A DNA stretch of 32,000 nt from Candidatus Hermodarchaeota archaeon (GTDB lineage: Archaea > Asgardarchaeota > Heimdallarchaeia > Hodarchaeales > Hodarchaeaceae). Of the stretch, positions 8,205 through 18,008 are shown one piece after another (positions within the stretch are counted from its first letter, which is position 1; each line of letters starts with the position of its first letter). The stretch covers positions 1 through 32,000 of the forward strand of contig JBHLKY010000014.1 in NCBI GenBank assembly GCA_048886185.1, read 5' to 3'. The translations under genes and the position numbers were made by a program. Under the pieces are notes generated by a model. That model was not told the origin of the DNA, made no database searches, and saw only the letters and a program-made list of their open reading frames with translations.

Positions 8205-8709
8205 TATTTTGTCCCCTATAGTGGAATGTAAAATTAATTTGAACGTTTTATCTAAAACTCTTTCTAAACTGGCAAAAAAATAATGTATTTTTTTGAAATT
8301 AAACACCCAATATTTAACTCTCTCCAGAATAACCCTTTGGATACTATCGACTTCTGTTTCTCAGTCAAACAACATTAAATTCTGGGACAATTGAAAATTT
8401 TCTTCCTATTTTATGTTTTTTTGTCATCTCACTCATTATAACCCCATTTTAACGAGTAACAAGATATATTATCAGACTAAAATTTAATGAAACAGAAAAT
8501 GGTCTTCAAGTGTTACAGAGGAAACTGTAATGTTTTTGTACGGTTATCTCCGCAAATTAGAGAATTTTTTCTTTTGAATAACTGCCTCTAGAGAAAAATT
8601 TTTAAAATTATGATTAACTGAGATTTACAAAACGGATTTTGACCATTTAGAAGGAGCTATCATTTCTTTAAGTGATCTCTCCAGATAGTATTTTTAATTT
8701 CAGAAGTGA

Positions 8710-9918
8710 TTGCGTATGTATAAGATAAGAAAGGGGGAAGAAAGGGACAGACATGCTGTAGTCGAAATGTTGAGTAGAGCATTAGGTGAACTAGAAACTT
8801 TTGAGGATTATTGGATTGATTCTTGGAGAGAATATTGGAATCGTCCTGAAAACGATGATTATGCGTATGTTGCAACTTATAACGACCATGTTGTTGCCAA
8901 TCTTGCTTTTTTTGTGAATGATGGCTTTAATTGTATAAGGGGAGGAGGCCTCAAATTTGGAGGAATCTGGGCAGTCGGGACTGAAGAAGCACATCGACGA
9001 AAAGGACTTCTTACACAATTGTTCTCAGAATCATTTCCAGCAATGAAGGAAAAAGGAGTTGTACTCTCAATCTTGGATCCTTCTCCTTATCATGGAGCTC
9101 AATTAGCTTATGAGAAGTCTGGCTATACACTTGCTGAAAAACGAGTAAAATATATTTTTCATCCTAGTACTCTACGGTTGACTAAAAGTGCTCAAAACAT
9201 AATATTTAGAAAATTGGAAGATTCTAGTGATTATCGTAAAATTTCTGAGCTTGAATTATCCATGAGTCGTTACGGTTCCCGAGTGTTCACTTGGCCATTA
9301 ATATTTCAACGTCAAATTGATTCTGGGCAGTTTTATGTATTCGATAGTGGTGGAAAAATAATTGCTTGTATTCGGATCACTCTTAGCAAGGAAAATGTCC
9401 TCAATATATCCTCGGCTTATTTTACTTCTTTAGATGTATTTCCAACTTTAATTAACTTCATTAAACAAAAATCCTCTGGACTAGAGCGGATTGAATGGGT
9501 TTGTGACCCACAAATTCCAATATGGAATTACCTTCAGAATATTTCCAGAGTTAATATTCAAAATAAAGGAACAATGATGATGAGGATTGTTGATTTTAGT
9601 GGATACTGTGATTCAATACGAGTAGCGGATGAAGTAGAAGATGAGGTCATATTAAGATTAGTGGATGACCAATGTCCTTGGAATGAAGGAATATACAGGC
9701 TCAATTCTTCAGAAGGGAAACTGGTAGCTGAAAAAATAGACATTAGAAAAGATTATGATATTGAACTCCTTCCGTTGCAGTTATCACAAATTACCTGTGG
9801 TTTAACTTCCTCAATGATACTCAGGGAACTTGGGGAGATCTCTTGTTCTCTTGAAACTGCGAAGAAGCTAGATTCAATGTTTCCAGCTGACTATTTCTTG
9901 TCATATTTCAGGTTTTAA
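8710..9918 (+). CDS. Eis-like GNAT acetyltransferase with a C-terminal SCP2-like domain
   Basis: VGTEEAHRRKGLLTQL acetyl-CoA motif, AYEKSGY, MMRIVDF, LRLVDDQCPWNEGIYRL, QLSQITCG. The real start may be ATG 8716. Confidence 0.85.
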   Translation: MRMYKIRKGEERDRHAVVEMLSRALGELETFEDYWIDSWREYWNRPENDDYAYVATYNDHVVANLAFFVNDGFNCIRGGGLKFGGIWAVGTEEAHRRKGLLTQLFSESFPAMKEKGVVLSILDPSPYHGAQLAYEKSGYTLAEKRVKYIFHPSTLRLTKSAQNIIFRKLEDSSDYRKISELELSMSRYGSRVFTWPLIFQRQIDSGQFYVFDSGGKIIACIRITLSKENVLNISSAYFTSLDVFPTLINFIKQKSSGLERIEWVCDPQIPIWNYLQNISRVNIQNKGTMMMRIVDFSGYCDSIRVADEVEDEVILRLVDDQCPWNEGIYRLNSSEGKLVAEKIDIRKDYDIELLPLQLSQITCGLTSSMILRELGEISCSLETAKKLDSMFPADYFLSYFRF

Positions 9919-9976
9919 CTAGCAATATCTATTAAGGAGATCATTTTTTCACCTTAAGTTAGGATGGTAACAGTTA

Positions 9977-11548
9977 ATGGCAGTAAAAAATTACCCGAGT
10001 ATTTTCAATGACGTTATAGGCCCAATAATGCGAGGACCGTCAAGTTCTCATTGTGCTGCTTCTGTTCGTATTGGTAACTTAGCGAGGGACATGATGGGTG
10101 GCACCATAAAAGAAATTCTGATAGAGTTTGATACAAAAGGTGCTTTAGCTACTACACATGAAAGCCAAGGTTCGGATATGGGATTGTTTGGAGGATTTCT
10201 TGGATGGAAAGCGTATGATGAACGATTAGTTGATTCTGTAAAAGCAATCAAGGAAGCAGGTATTAAAATAAGCATAGAGATAAAAGATATCGGCGCTAAA
10301 CATCCAAACACCTATAAATTAACTCTAAAAAATGATCAAGAAATCCATGAAATAGTAGCTATCTCGTCTGGAGGAGGAATGATAGAAATAGTTAAGATTG
10401 ACGACTTTAAAGTCTCAATGGTTGGAGACTATTATGAGACATTAATTTATACTACTGATCTTGGAGTTCTGAATTATTTACAAAGTATATTATCCAACGA
10501 TGAGATTTTAATTCACAGGGGTATGGACTCATTTCTTTTAGAAGTGAAAGCTCAGAGATTTTTGGGTGAAAGTACTCTCCAAAAAATTTACTCAGAGTTT
10601 AAAACATTGAATATTATCCAATTAAATCCTGTTCTGCCTGTGCTTTCTTGGAAAGGGATGAGAGTGCCATTTATAAATTATGATGAGATGCTTAAATATA
10701 ATGAGAATAAAAACATGGACTTATGGGAACTAGCTGTTCATTATGAAAGCCAAAGAGGTAACATTCCAATCGAAGATGTTATCAAAAAAATGAAGCATAT
10801 TGTTGAGATCATGGGAAAATCAATCTTAAGGGGAATAAAGGGGACTCATTACAAAGACAGGATATTGGATCACCAATCAGGCTTCTTTAAGACTAAAATG
10901 AAAAATAAGAATTTGCTTGATGGGGGAATCTTGAATCAAATGATTCTTTATATCACTGCAATGATGGAAATAAAGAGCTCCATGGGAGTAATAGTTGCTG
11001 CTCCGACTGCAGGTGCTTGTGGAACAATACCAGGGGCCCTTCTTGGAGCAGCTCATAGGATGATGCTTTCAGAAGATGAGGTAGTAAAAGCCATGTTTGC
11101 TGCAGGTATGATAGGAATATTCATTTCTAATAAAGCAACTTTCTCAGCTGAAATTGGAGGATGTCAAGCTGAATGTGGATCAGCCTCTGGAATGGCGGCT
11201 GCAGGTCTTGTAACTCTTATGAAGGGTAATACAAAACAAGCAGTTGATGCTGCATCAATGGCATTACAAAATATATTTGGTATGGTATGTGATCCTGTAG
11301 CAAATAGAGTAGAAGTTCCTTGTCTTGGGAAAAATGTATTGGCTGCAAGTAATGCACTTGCAGCAGCGAATATGGGTCTAGCAAATTTTGATGCAGTAAT
11401 ACCTTTGGGAGAGGTAATTGAAGCAATGAATGAGGTGGGACTAAGTATTCCATATGAATTGAGATGCACGGCCTTGGGTGGGTTATCTGTGACGAAGACA
11501 TCTAAAAGATTAGAGAAAAAGCTTAGAAACAATTTATTAATCGATTAG
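9977..11548 (+). CDS. sdaA: Iron-sulfur-dependent L-serine dehydratase, fused beta+alpha chains
   Basis: SIFNDVIGPIMRGPSSSHCA (beta chain), APTAGACGTIPG, GGCQAECGSA, CDPVANRVEVPC, ELRCTALGGL (alpha chain, with Fe-S cysteines). Confidence 0.9.
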   Translation: MAVKNYPSIFNDVIGPIMRGPSSSHCAASVRIGNLARDMMGGTIKEILIEFDTKGALATTHESQGSDMGLFGGFLGWKAYDERLVDSVKAIKEAGIKISIEIKDIGAKHPNTYKLTLKNDQEIHEIVAISSGGGMIEIVKIDDFKVSMVGDYYETLIYTTDLGVLNYLQSILSNDEILIHRGMDSFLLEVKAQRFLGESTLQKIYSEFKTLNIIQLNPVLPVLSWKGMRVPFINYDEMLKYNENKNMDLWELAVHYESQRGNIPIEDVIKKMKHIVEIMGKSILRGIKGTHYKDRILDHQSGFFKTKMKNKNLLDGGILNQMILYITAMMEIKSSMGVIVAAPTAGACGTIPGALLGAAHRMMLSEDEVVKAMFAAGMIGIFISNKATFSAEIGGCQAECGSASGMAAAGLVTLMKGNTKQAVDAASMALQNIFGMVCDPVANRVEVPCLGKNVLAASNALAAANMGLANFDAVIPLGEVIEAMNEVGLSIPYELRCTALGGLSVTKTSKRLEKKLRNNLLID

Positions 11549-12534
11549 ATCTCAACAATAATCCCTTTTTTCATTTCTTTTGCCTTCATATACGCCAATT
11601 TAGCTGCAGCAGCATCTTGAATTGCTAGCCCGACCGATTTAAAGAAAGTAATTTCTGATTCATTTTCCCTTCCTTTCTTTTTTCCACTTACAATTTCTCC
11701 AAGTTCCGCATAGATATGTTCTTTTGTTATAACACCCTCTTTAATAGGAATAATGAGATCACCAGCTTCATCAAGACAGGCACTTACTTGATCACACACA
11801 ATTTTTGCTTTTTGTATTGTTTCTGTATCCACTTCTCGTCTTTCTGGAGTGTAGGAACCAATAGCTGAAATATGAACTCCAGGTTCGAGCCACTTCCCTT
11901 TAAATACTGGATTTGGAGATGTTGTAGCTGTTAAGATTATGTCTGATCCTCTTACTGTCTCTTCCGCTGATTTAGCTATTTGAAAATCTGTTATACTTAG
12001 TTTCTTAGACATTTTTCGCTTAAAATCTTCTGCTATTTTTCTTTTAACATCATATACTTTACAAGTTTCTATACTAGGCCGAACCTCACATGCTGCCCAT
12101 AACTGAAATGTTCCCTGTACACCAGTACCAAAAAGGCCGACAGTTTTTGCATCTCTTTTTGCTAAATACTCTATTGCGCACCCTGAAACAGCTCCTGTAC
12201 GTATTGCCGTTAAATACCCTCCATCCATTATGGAAACGACGTCGCCTGTCTCAATATCTTGTAAGAGTACTTTTCCAAGAATGGTTGGTAACTTGAATTT
12301 CTCTGGATTGTGTTCAAATACAGTAACAACCTTCACAGCCATAGATTTCAATTGAGGAAGAAAAGCAGGCATATAAAGACTTGTTCCATCTTGTACTGGT
12401 ATTACAATTCGTTGTGGAAGAACAGCTGTCCCTTCTGATAGTTCCTTAAAGGCAGTTTCAATTACGTTAATTGTTTCTTTCATTGTGAGAACGGATTCAA
12501 CATCAGCTCTAGATAGCATCAAAACTTTACTCAT
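11545..12534 (-). CDS. Ornithine cyclodeaminase/mu-crystallin family protein (possibly archaeal alanine dehydrogenase)
   Basis: MDGGYLTAIRTGAVS, GLFGTGVQG, HISAIGS...REVD, EAGDL, FFKSVGLAIQD. Confidence 0.9.
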   Translation of the reverse strand: MSKVLMLSRADVESVLTMKETINVIETAFKELSEGTAVLPQRIVIPVQDGTSLYMPAFLPQLKSMAVKVVTVFEHNPEKFKLPTILGKVLLQDIETGDVVSIMDGGYLTAIRTGAVSGCAIEYLAKRDAKTVGLFGTGVQGTFQLWAACEVRPSIETCKVYDVKRKIAEDFKRKMSKKLSITDFQIAKSAEETVRGSDIILTATTSPNPVFKGKWLEPGVHISAIGSYTPERREVDTETIQKAKIVCDQVSACLDEAGDLIIPIKEGVITKEHIYAELGEIVSGKKKGRENESEITFFKSVGLAIQDAAAAKLAYMKAKEMKKGIIVEI

Positions 12535-12760
12535 AATTCAAACCACATCATTTTTGGATGAAAATATTTAATCTCGATTTTCGAATCTGGGTATGGGGTC
12601 GCTTAAAATAACTTTCTCTTTAATTAATGGATGTGTTCTAAAATTTTTGTAAAGAACTATAGGTTGGAGACTTAATCTCCTTACATGTTTTGTAACTTAA
12701 AGACCTACTAACTCCTCTATAGCAAGAATATTCTTAAAAGTGTTTTTTAACTGCCCAAAT

Positions 12761-13954
12761 ATGAAAGTTCTTCTTCTAGGAGTAGGATTACAAGGAAAGG
12801 TCGCCCTTCATGACCTTGAAACTAGTAATATGGTTAATCAGATCATTGCTGCAGATAGGGATATTGACTCTTTAAAACAATTAGTTGAAAGAAAACGGTA
12901 CACTAAAGTTCAATGTGAATTCTTAGATGCGAATGACCAAGATAATATCAACGAGCTAATGATGTTAAAACCTGATGTGGTTATTGATCTGCTTCCTATC
13001 CCGTTTGTGAATAAAATCGCTAAAACTGCCATTAACTACGGTGTAAATCTAATTAATACTCTCTCTCTTTCTCCCGAGGTGAAAAATTTAACGGGTGAAG
13101 CTGAGGCTAAAGAAATTACAGTTTTACCAGAATTTGGATTAGATCCTGGAATAGATCTTGTATTACTAGGACAAGCAATTAAAGGATTAGAAGACATTGA
13201 AGTAATTAATAGTTATGGAGCAGGAATTCCTACATTGGAAGCTGCTAATAATCCATTAAACTATAAAGTCACTTGGAGCCTTGAGGGAGTATTATCTACC
13301 TATTATCGGGCCGCCAAAGTTATAAAGAACGGAGAAATTGTTAAGATAAGAGAAAATGAATTATTTAATCCAGAGAATATTCATGAAATTATTATCGAGG
13401 ATGTGGGAAAATTGGAAGCATTTCCAAATGGGAATGCTCTCCGATACCTCCAATCAATTGGAATTGAACAACAATCTGACAAATTTAAAATGATTAATCA
13501 AATGGGGAGATATACTATGCGGTGGCCTGGTCATTGCGCATTTTGGAAAAAAATTGTGGATCTTCACCTTCTAGATGACGAACCTGTTGATATTAATGAC
13601 AACAAAATATCTCGTAGAAGCTTTCTAGCAAAGATAATTGAGCCTTACATTCAATTGGAAGAAGGCGAAAGAGACCTAGCGATCTTACATATTGAGGTGG
13701 TTGGGAAGAAAAATGGAGAAAAAGTACGCCAAGTGTATCAATTAATCGATAAACGCGATTTAACCACAGGTTTTACAGCAATGAGTCGTACCGTTGGGTA
13801 TACAGTAAGTATTGGTGCCCAACTGATAGTAAGCAAGAGAATTATAAAAAAAGGAATTCTTTCCCCTGTGACTGATATTCCTTATGGAATTTTCAAACAG
13901 GAATTAAAGGACCATGGTATCCTGATCAAATCAAAAACTGAACAAATCAAATGA
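12761..13954 (+). CDS. Saccharopine dehydrogenase / lysine 6-dehydrogenase family oxidoreductase
   Basis: MKVLLLGVGLQG Rossmann start (ATG 12761), GLDPGID, NPLNYKVTWSLEG, TMRWPGH, TAMSRTVG. Confidence 0.88.
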   Translation: MKVLLLGVGLQGKVALHDLETSNMVNQIIAADRDIDSLKQLVERKRYTKVQCEFLDANDQDNINELMMLKPDVVIDLLPIPFVNKIAKTAINYGVNLINTLSLSPEVKNLTGEAEAKEITVLPEFGLDPGIDLVLLGQAIKGLEDIEVINSYGAGIPTLEAANNPLNYKVTWSLEGVLSTYYRAAKVIKNGEIVKIRENELFNPENIHEIIIEDVGKLEAFPNGNALRYLQSIGIEQQSDKFKMINQMGRYTMRWPGHCAFWKKIVDLHLLDDEPVDINDNKISRRSFLAKIIEPYIQLEEGERDLAILHIEVVGKKNGEKVRQVYQLIDKRDLTTGFTAMSRTVGYTVSIGAQLIVSKRIIKKGILSPVTDIPYGIFKQELKDHGILIKSKTEQIK

Positions 13955-13969
13955 TGATTTTTCGTGTGT

Positions 13970-14773
13970 TTAGATATAGTATCCTGGACCTCTGTCCTTC
14001 TCCTCTTCTTCTCCTTGTTCTAAGACTTCTCGTGCTAAAGAAGTTATACGTTCATTCTTAACCTGTGCTTCTTCTATTGAAAGATCTAGATCTTTTAATT
14101 CTAATTTCAGCGGGTAGAGTTTGGCAAGTTTTTTCAAGAGTGCTTTACTAGCTTTGGGATCCGTTCCAGCTAGAGTGAGTTTTCCTAGCAATCCGAAACT
14201 TTTCAAGTTTCTTTCTGCTGCCAATGCAGAGAGTACTCCTACAGCTCCAGTCACTTCTCCTCCCTTTAAAAGAGTCACATCGTTTTTCTCTAGCCAATCT
14301 AACGTCTCCTTATCGTATCCGAATCCGGCTACTTCGGGGCCTTCTTCGTGGACTCGTAATCCTCCCAAACATATCAAAGTGTCTGCATTGAGCTCTATAA
14401 CATAATCAAGTACATTATTTAATACTTGGATAATCCCAATATCATGTGGTTGGGCGTCGCCTGTCAGAATTATCAAGTTAGGTGTGGATTTAGTAATCGC
14501 ATAGATTTCCATCCGTGCTAGCCTCCCTATACTTGTTTTACTGTCTATTTGTACTACTGGGGGAAAGAAAGAGCTGTAAATTCGTGCTATCTCTTGTGCT
14601 TCGAAATGATTGATTAAATAATTGGCTGCAATTTTTCCTATTAGACCCATTCCTGGTAATCCCTGAATAGCTACTGCGGGTGACTTAATCTTGACATCTG
14701 ATACCTTATGTAAATATGTAAATGTATTTCCATTACTTTGGCGCAATAATGACTCCTCAATTAACATTAACAT
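13970..14773 (-). CDS. PAC2-family proteasome assembly chaperone / activator (PbaA/B-like) with a C-terminal HbYX motif
   Basis: IQGLPGMGLIGKIAANYL, SSFFPPVV, ILTGDAQP, IICLGG, GAVGVLSA, DPKAS; ends in GPGYYI. Confidence 0.88.
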   Translation of the reverse strand: MLMLIEESLLRQSNGNTFTYLHKVSDVKIKSPAVAIQGLPGMGLIGKIAANYLINHFEAQEIARIYSSFFPPVVQIDSKTSIGRLARMEIYAITKSTPNLIILTGDAQPHDIGIIQVLNNVLDYVIELNADTLICLGGLRVHEEGPEVAGFGYDKETLDWLEKNDVTLLKGGEVTGAVGVLSALAAERNLKSFGLLGKLTLAGTDPKASKALLKKLAKLYPLKLELKDLDLSIEEAQVKNERITSLAREVLEQGEEEEKDRGPGYYI

Positions 14774-14879
14774 GGAAGTATTTTATTGACTAGCTTTCAA
14801 AAATAAGGAGTGAATCCAAATAAAATGATAAAAATAAAATGTATCTTGGGTTCATTACTTGATAATTATTGATCTTATC

Positions 14880-16895
14880 TCACTGATTGGCAATTTCTGA
14901 TGTTGGATTTACCCATGTTTCTTGAATTTTCTTCGCTTCCACCAGCCAGCTAGCTATCTGTGCATGTTCGATACGCTCTTGAATTGAGGCTTTTCTTTGT
15001 ATTAATTGATTCCATTTATCGAGTTCAGCTTGTACCGTTTCCTGTTCTGCTTTGATTTGTGTCAGTAGATTAACAAGTTTCTTCTCACTAGCTAATTTTT
15101 TAGCATTACTCAGTAGCTGACTTGCCTCTTCTACGTCTCCTTGTACCAATGCCAGTTTTGTTTGAAGTAAGAGTGACAGTATTGTCAATGAGGAGGATTG
15201 TTGACTGTTGGCAATAGTATGAAGCTGTGTTGAGAGCTGAATCACTTTATCAAGAAGTTCATCTGCTGTTTCAGAATATTTCATTTCTAGAATAAGCAAT
15301 TCACACAAATTCAACATCGATAAGACCGTGATATCATGACTGAAGATTTCCTCCTCAATAATTGCTTGAAATTTCTGTTGTGCTTGGAATTTCTCAGCCA
15401 TTCGTTTACTCATTTTCAAAACTATGGCTTCTGAAAACTGAATTCTTAATTTCACATATTTATTTTTGCTTGTTTGCTTAAGTTCTTGCATTTGTTTTAA
15501 ATAATCTTTTGCTAAATCTAGGGAATTGAGATTCTGGGCAACTAATATCAATTGAAGGAGAATATAAGAGACCCACAGACCCAAATTTGCCCCTATAATC
15601 GTTTCTTTTACTAATTTTATACCATCTTCTAAATATTTTATAGCCTGATCATATTCTCCTATAATTTTATAGATCCGACCAAGTTGAACATAAGAATTGG
15701 CAATTCCACCCTTTAGATCAAGTTTAGTGAAGATAGATTCACTTTCTTCAATATTTTTTAAAGCAGATTCGGGTTCACCACGTAAAATATTAGTCATTCC
15801 AATCCTAAGTAGGGTCCATGCAATCCCTGGATCACTTTCTGAGTCTTGAAATATTGACAAGCTTCTTTGATAATAATCTAAACCATGGCTAAGCTCCCCC
15901 TTCCAAATTGAATGAATATCACCAATGAAAATGGATATGAAAGCTTGAGAAATACGGTCACCAGTTTCTTCAGCAAGTAGTAAACTTTGGGTAAAATGTT
16001 GTTCAGCAAAAGATAGATTCCCTTTATAGGCATGAAGCCATCCGATATTGTTATGATTTATTATTAATGCTCGTTTATCGTCAAGTTCTTCAGAAATCGC
16101 TAAAGCTCGCTCTAAATAGTTCATTGTTAAATCATAATTTTCTTTTGCCCGATATACAAGAGAGATGTTATTATACAATCCTCCAATCCACTCTTTATTG
16201 TTGACGCTTTGATATAATGCAAGGCTCCTCTCAAAGTAAGATAGTGCTTCATCATAATTTTCTATCTGATGATAATAACAACCTAACCGATTAAGCGAGT
16301 GAGCAATCGCAGTGGGGTTTCCGAGTTTTTCACTGATTGCCAAACTTCGATTAAAAAGATCAAAGGCAAGATCCTGTTTCCCTGTTATATCTAAATGAAT
16401 GAACCCTATTGTAGTTAATGTTTCTACAACATCATGTTGGAATGGAAGGGCTTGTCTTATGATCAAGCTCTTTTCAAATAATTCTAATGCATGGTTAATA
16501 TTTCCTTTAGTCTCACTTATGGCTCCTTGTAAAAACGCTAGTGTTCCCTGACATTCTTGGAAAACATCATTTTTTACAAATTCAACTTGCGAAAAGAGGT
16601 GTTCTGCCTCTTGAAGGACTTTCGTTAATTCAGGAATATTTTGAAGGTTAAAATAAGCAGAACCCAAGCTTATCAATGCTTTTAGTACTTGTAACTCACT
16701 CCCAGAATCACGACACTCCGCGAGAATACTTTTTGCTTCAGCTAGGGCTTCTTTAGGATCCCCTTTTCGTTGTAATATTTGACTCTTGAGTATTATTCCA
16801 TCTAATCTCTTCTTTCCTTGTAACTCATCGATTGATTTTAGTGCTTGAGTGTATTTTCCTTGATCGATTAATTTTTTAATTTCTAGTATATCCAT
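14880..16895 (-). CDS. Tetratricopeptide-repeat protein
   Basis: Many TPR repeats (AHSLNRLGCYY...YDEALSYFERSLAL; GGLYNNISLVYRAKENYDLTMNYLERALAISEEL); likely start MDILEIKK at 16895. Confidence 0.85.
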   Translation of the reverse strand: MDILEIKKLIDQGKYTQALKSIDELQGKKRLDGIILKSQILQRKGDPKEALAEAKSILAECRDSGSELQVLKALISLGSAYFNLQNIPELTKVLQEAEHLFSQVEFVKNDVFQECQGTLAFLQGAISETKGNINHALELFEKSLIIRQALPFQHDVVETLTTIGFIHLDITGKQDLAFDLFNRSLAISEKLGNPTAIAHSLNRLGCYYHQIENYDEALSYFERSLALYQSVNNKEWIGGLYNNISLVYRAKENYDLTMNYLERALAISEELDDKRALIINHNNIGWLHAYKGNLSFAEQHFTQSLLLAEETGDRISQAFISIFIGDIHSIWKGELSHGLDYYQRSLSIFQDSESDPGIAWTLLRIGMTNILRGEPESALKNIEESESIFTKLDLKGGIANSYVQLGRIYKIIGEYDQAIKYLEDGIKLVKETIIGANLGLWVSYILLQLILVAQNLNSLDLAKDYLKQMQELKQTSKNKYVKLRIQFSEAIVLKMSKRMAEKFQAQQKFQAIIEEEIFSHDITVLSMLNLCELLILEMKYSETADELLDKVIQLSTQLHTIANSQQSSSLTILSLLLQTKLALVQGDVEEASQLLSNAKKLASEKKLVNLLTQIKAEQETVQAELDKWNQLIQRKASIQERIEHAQIASWLVEAKKIQETWVNPTSEIANQ

Positions 16896-17063
16896 GGCGG
16901 AAGTTCCGTTCCTTAATCGAAGGTTTGGTATCAAATATATTTCTGATATGAAAACTTTTCGTATATCTAGTGATTCAAGACCATTTTGAACAAGTCTATG
17001 ACAAGGTTTTTTCTTTTATTACCTAAGTCACGACATTAAAAGGCAGCTTCTGAAGAAGATTGA

Positions 17064-17972
17064 TTGGTTTTACAGATGCAAATAGTTTCACGTCCTTACA
17101 ACATTGATGAGGATTTTACCTCTGTTATGACTTTCTTATATGAAATCTTCAAGAAAACTAATTCTTATCAAAATTGGTTTCCTGATCGCTTTGAAAACAA
17201 CCATGATGATTATAAAGCTGATATTAGGATCTGGGAAGAAAAAACAGATTCAAAGATTGTTGCTGTTGCTAATCCAGAGACATCAAATATTTATTATATC
17301 CAAATTGACCCTACATATAATTTTCTCGAGCAAGAGATCGTGAAATGGATTGAAAAGCACTTCATGGCGAAGAAAAAAGATATTGAGACAAAAGGGAAGC
17401 TCATCATCAAAACTGTTGAGGGAAATCCCACTAGGGAATCATTACTTGCAGAGCTTGGCTATCAAAAAGCAGAGAAAATAGATTGTTATGTCAGAATACG
17501 TCCTAAAGACATGCCTGTTCCAGAAATCGAGTGTCCTGAGGGCATTGAGATTAGGAATGTGAAGGGAGAGGCTGATTATGAGCAACTAGCTCGGTTAATA
17601 CGATTAATATTCGGCCACGGCGAATGGTTTACACCGGAAATACTAGAAGGGATAGCTCGTTGTTCTTTCTATAAACAAGACCTCGACCTAGTTGCTGTTT
17701 CTGAAGATGGTACTTTTGCTTCGTTTTGTATGTTCAGAGTAGATCCTATGAGTAAGATCACCCAACTCGAACCAATGGCAACGCATCCAAACTTTAGGAA
17801 ATTAGGTTTGGCTAAAACACTCATATATGAAGGCCTCAGACGTGCGATGAAATACGACCCTTTGTTTTTCTATATTGGCGGGGCTGCTAATACTCCTGCT
17901 GCCAACCGATTATATGATTCAGTTGGATTTGTTGAGAAATTAGCCGAGTACACCTGGTACAAAGGGATTTAG
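17064..17972 (+). CDS. Tandem-GNAT N-acetyltransferase
   Basis: LEPMATHPNFRKLGLAKTLI and AANRLYDSVGF; N-terminal degenerate GNAT domain; alternative start ATG 17076. Confidence 0.85.
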   Translation: MVLQMQIVSRPYNIDEDFTSVMTFLYEIFKKTNSYQNWFPDRFENNHDDYKADIRIWEEKTDSKIVAVANPETSNIYYIQIDPTYNFLEQEIVKWIEKHFMAKKKDIETKGKLIIKTVEGNPTRESLLAELGYQKAEKIDCYVRIRPKDMPVPEIECPEGIEIRNVKGEADYEQLARLIRLIFGHGEWFTPEILEGIARCSFYKQDLDLVAVSEDGTFASFCMFRVDPMSKITQLEPMATHPNFRKLGLAKTLIYEGLRRAMKYDPLFFYIGGAANTPAANRLYDSVGFVEKLAEYTWYKGI

Positions 17973-18008
17973 AGCCATTTTGAAGAAAAAAAAGGACAAA
18001 AGACATTA

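Noticed and set aside
8205-8709. About 500-nt intergenic gap, checked for a small gene, ncRNA or mobile-element remnant
   Set aside because: Only short ORFs (e.g. 34 aa MKQKMVFKC...) with no motif; no convincing hairpins, repeats or terminal inverted repeats seen by eye.
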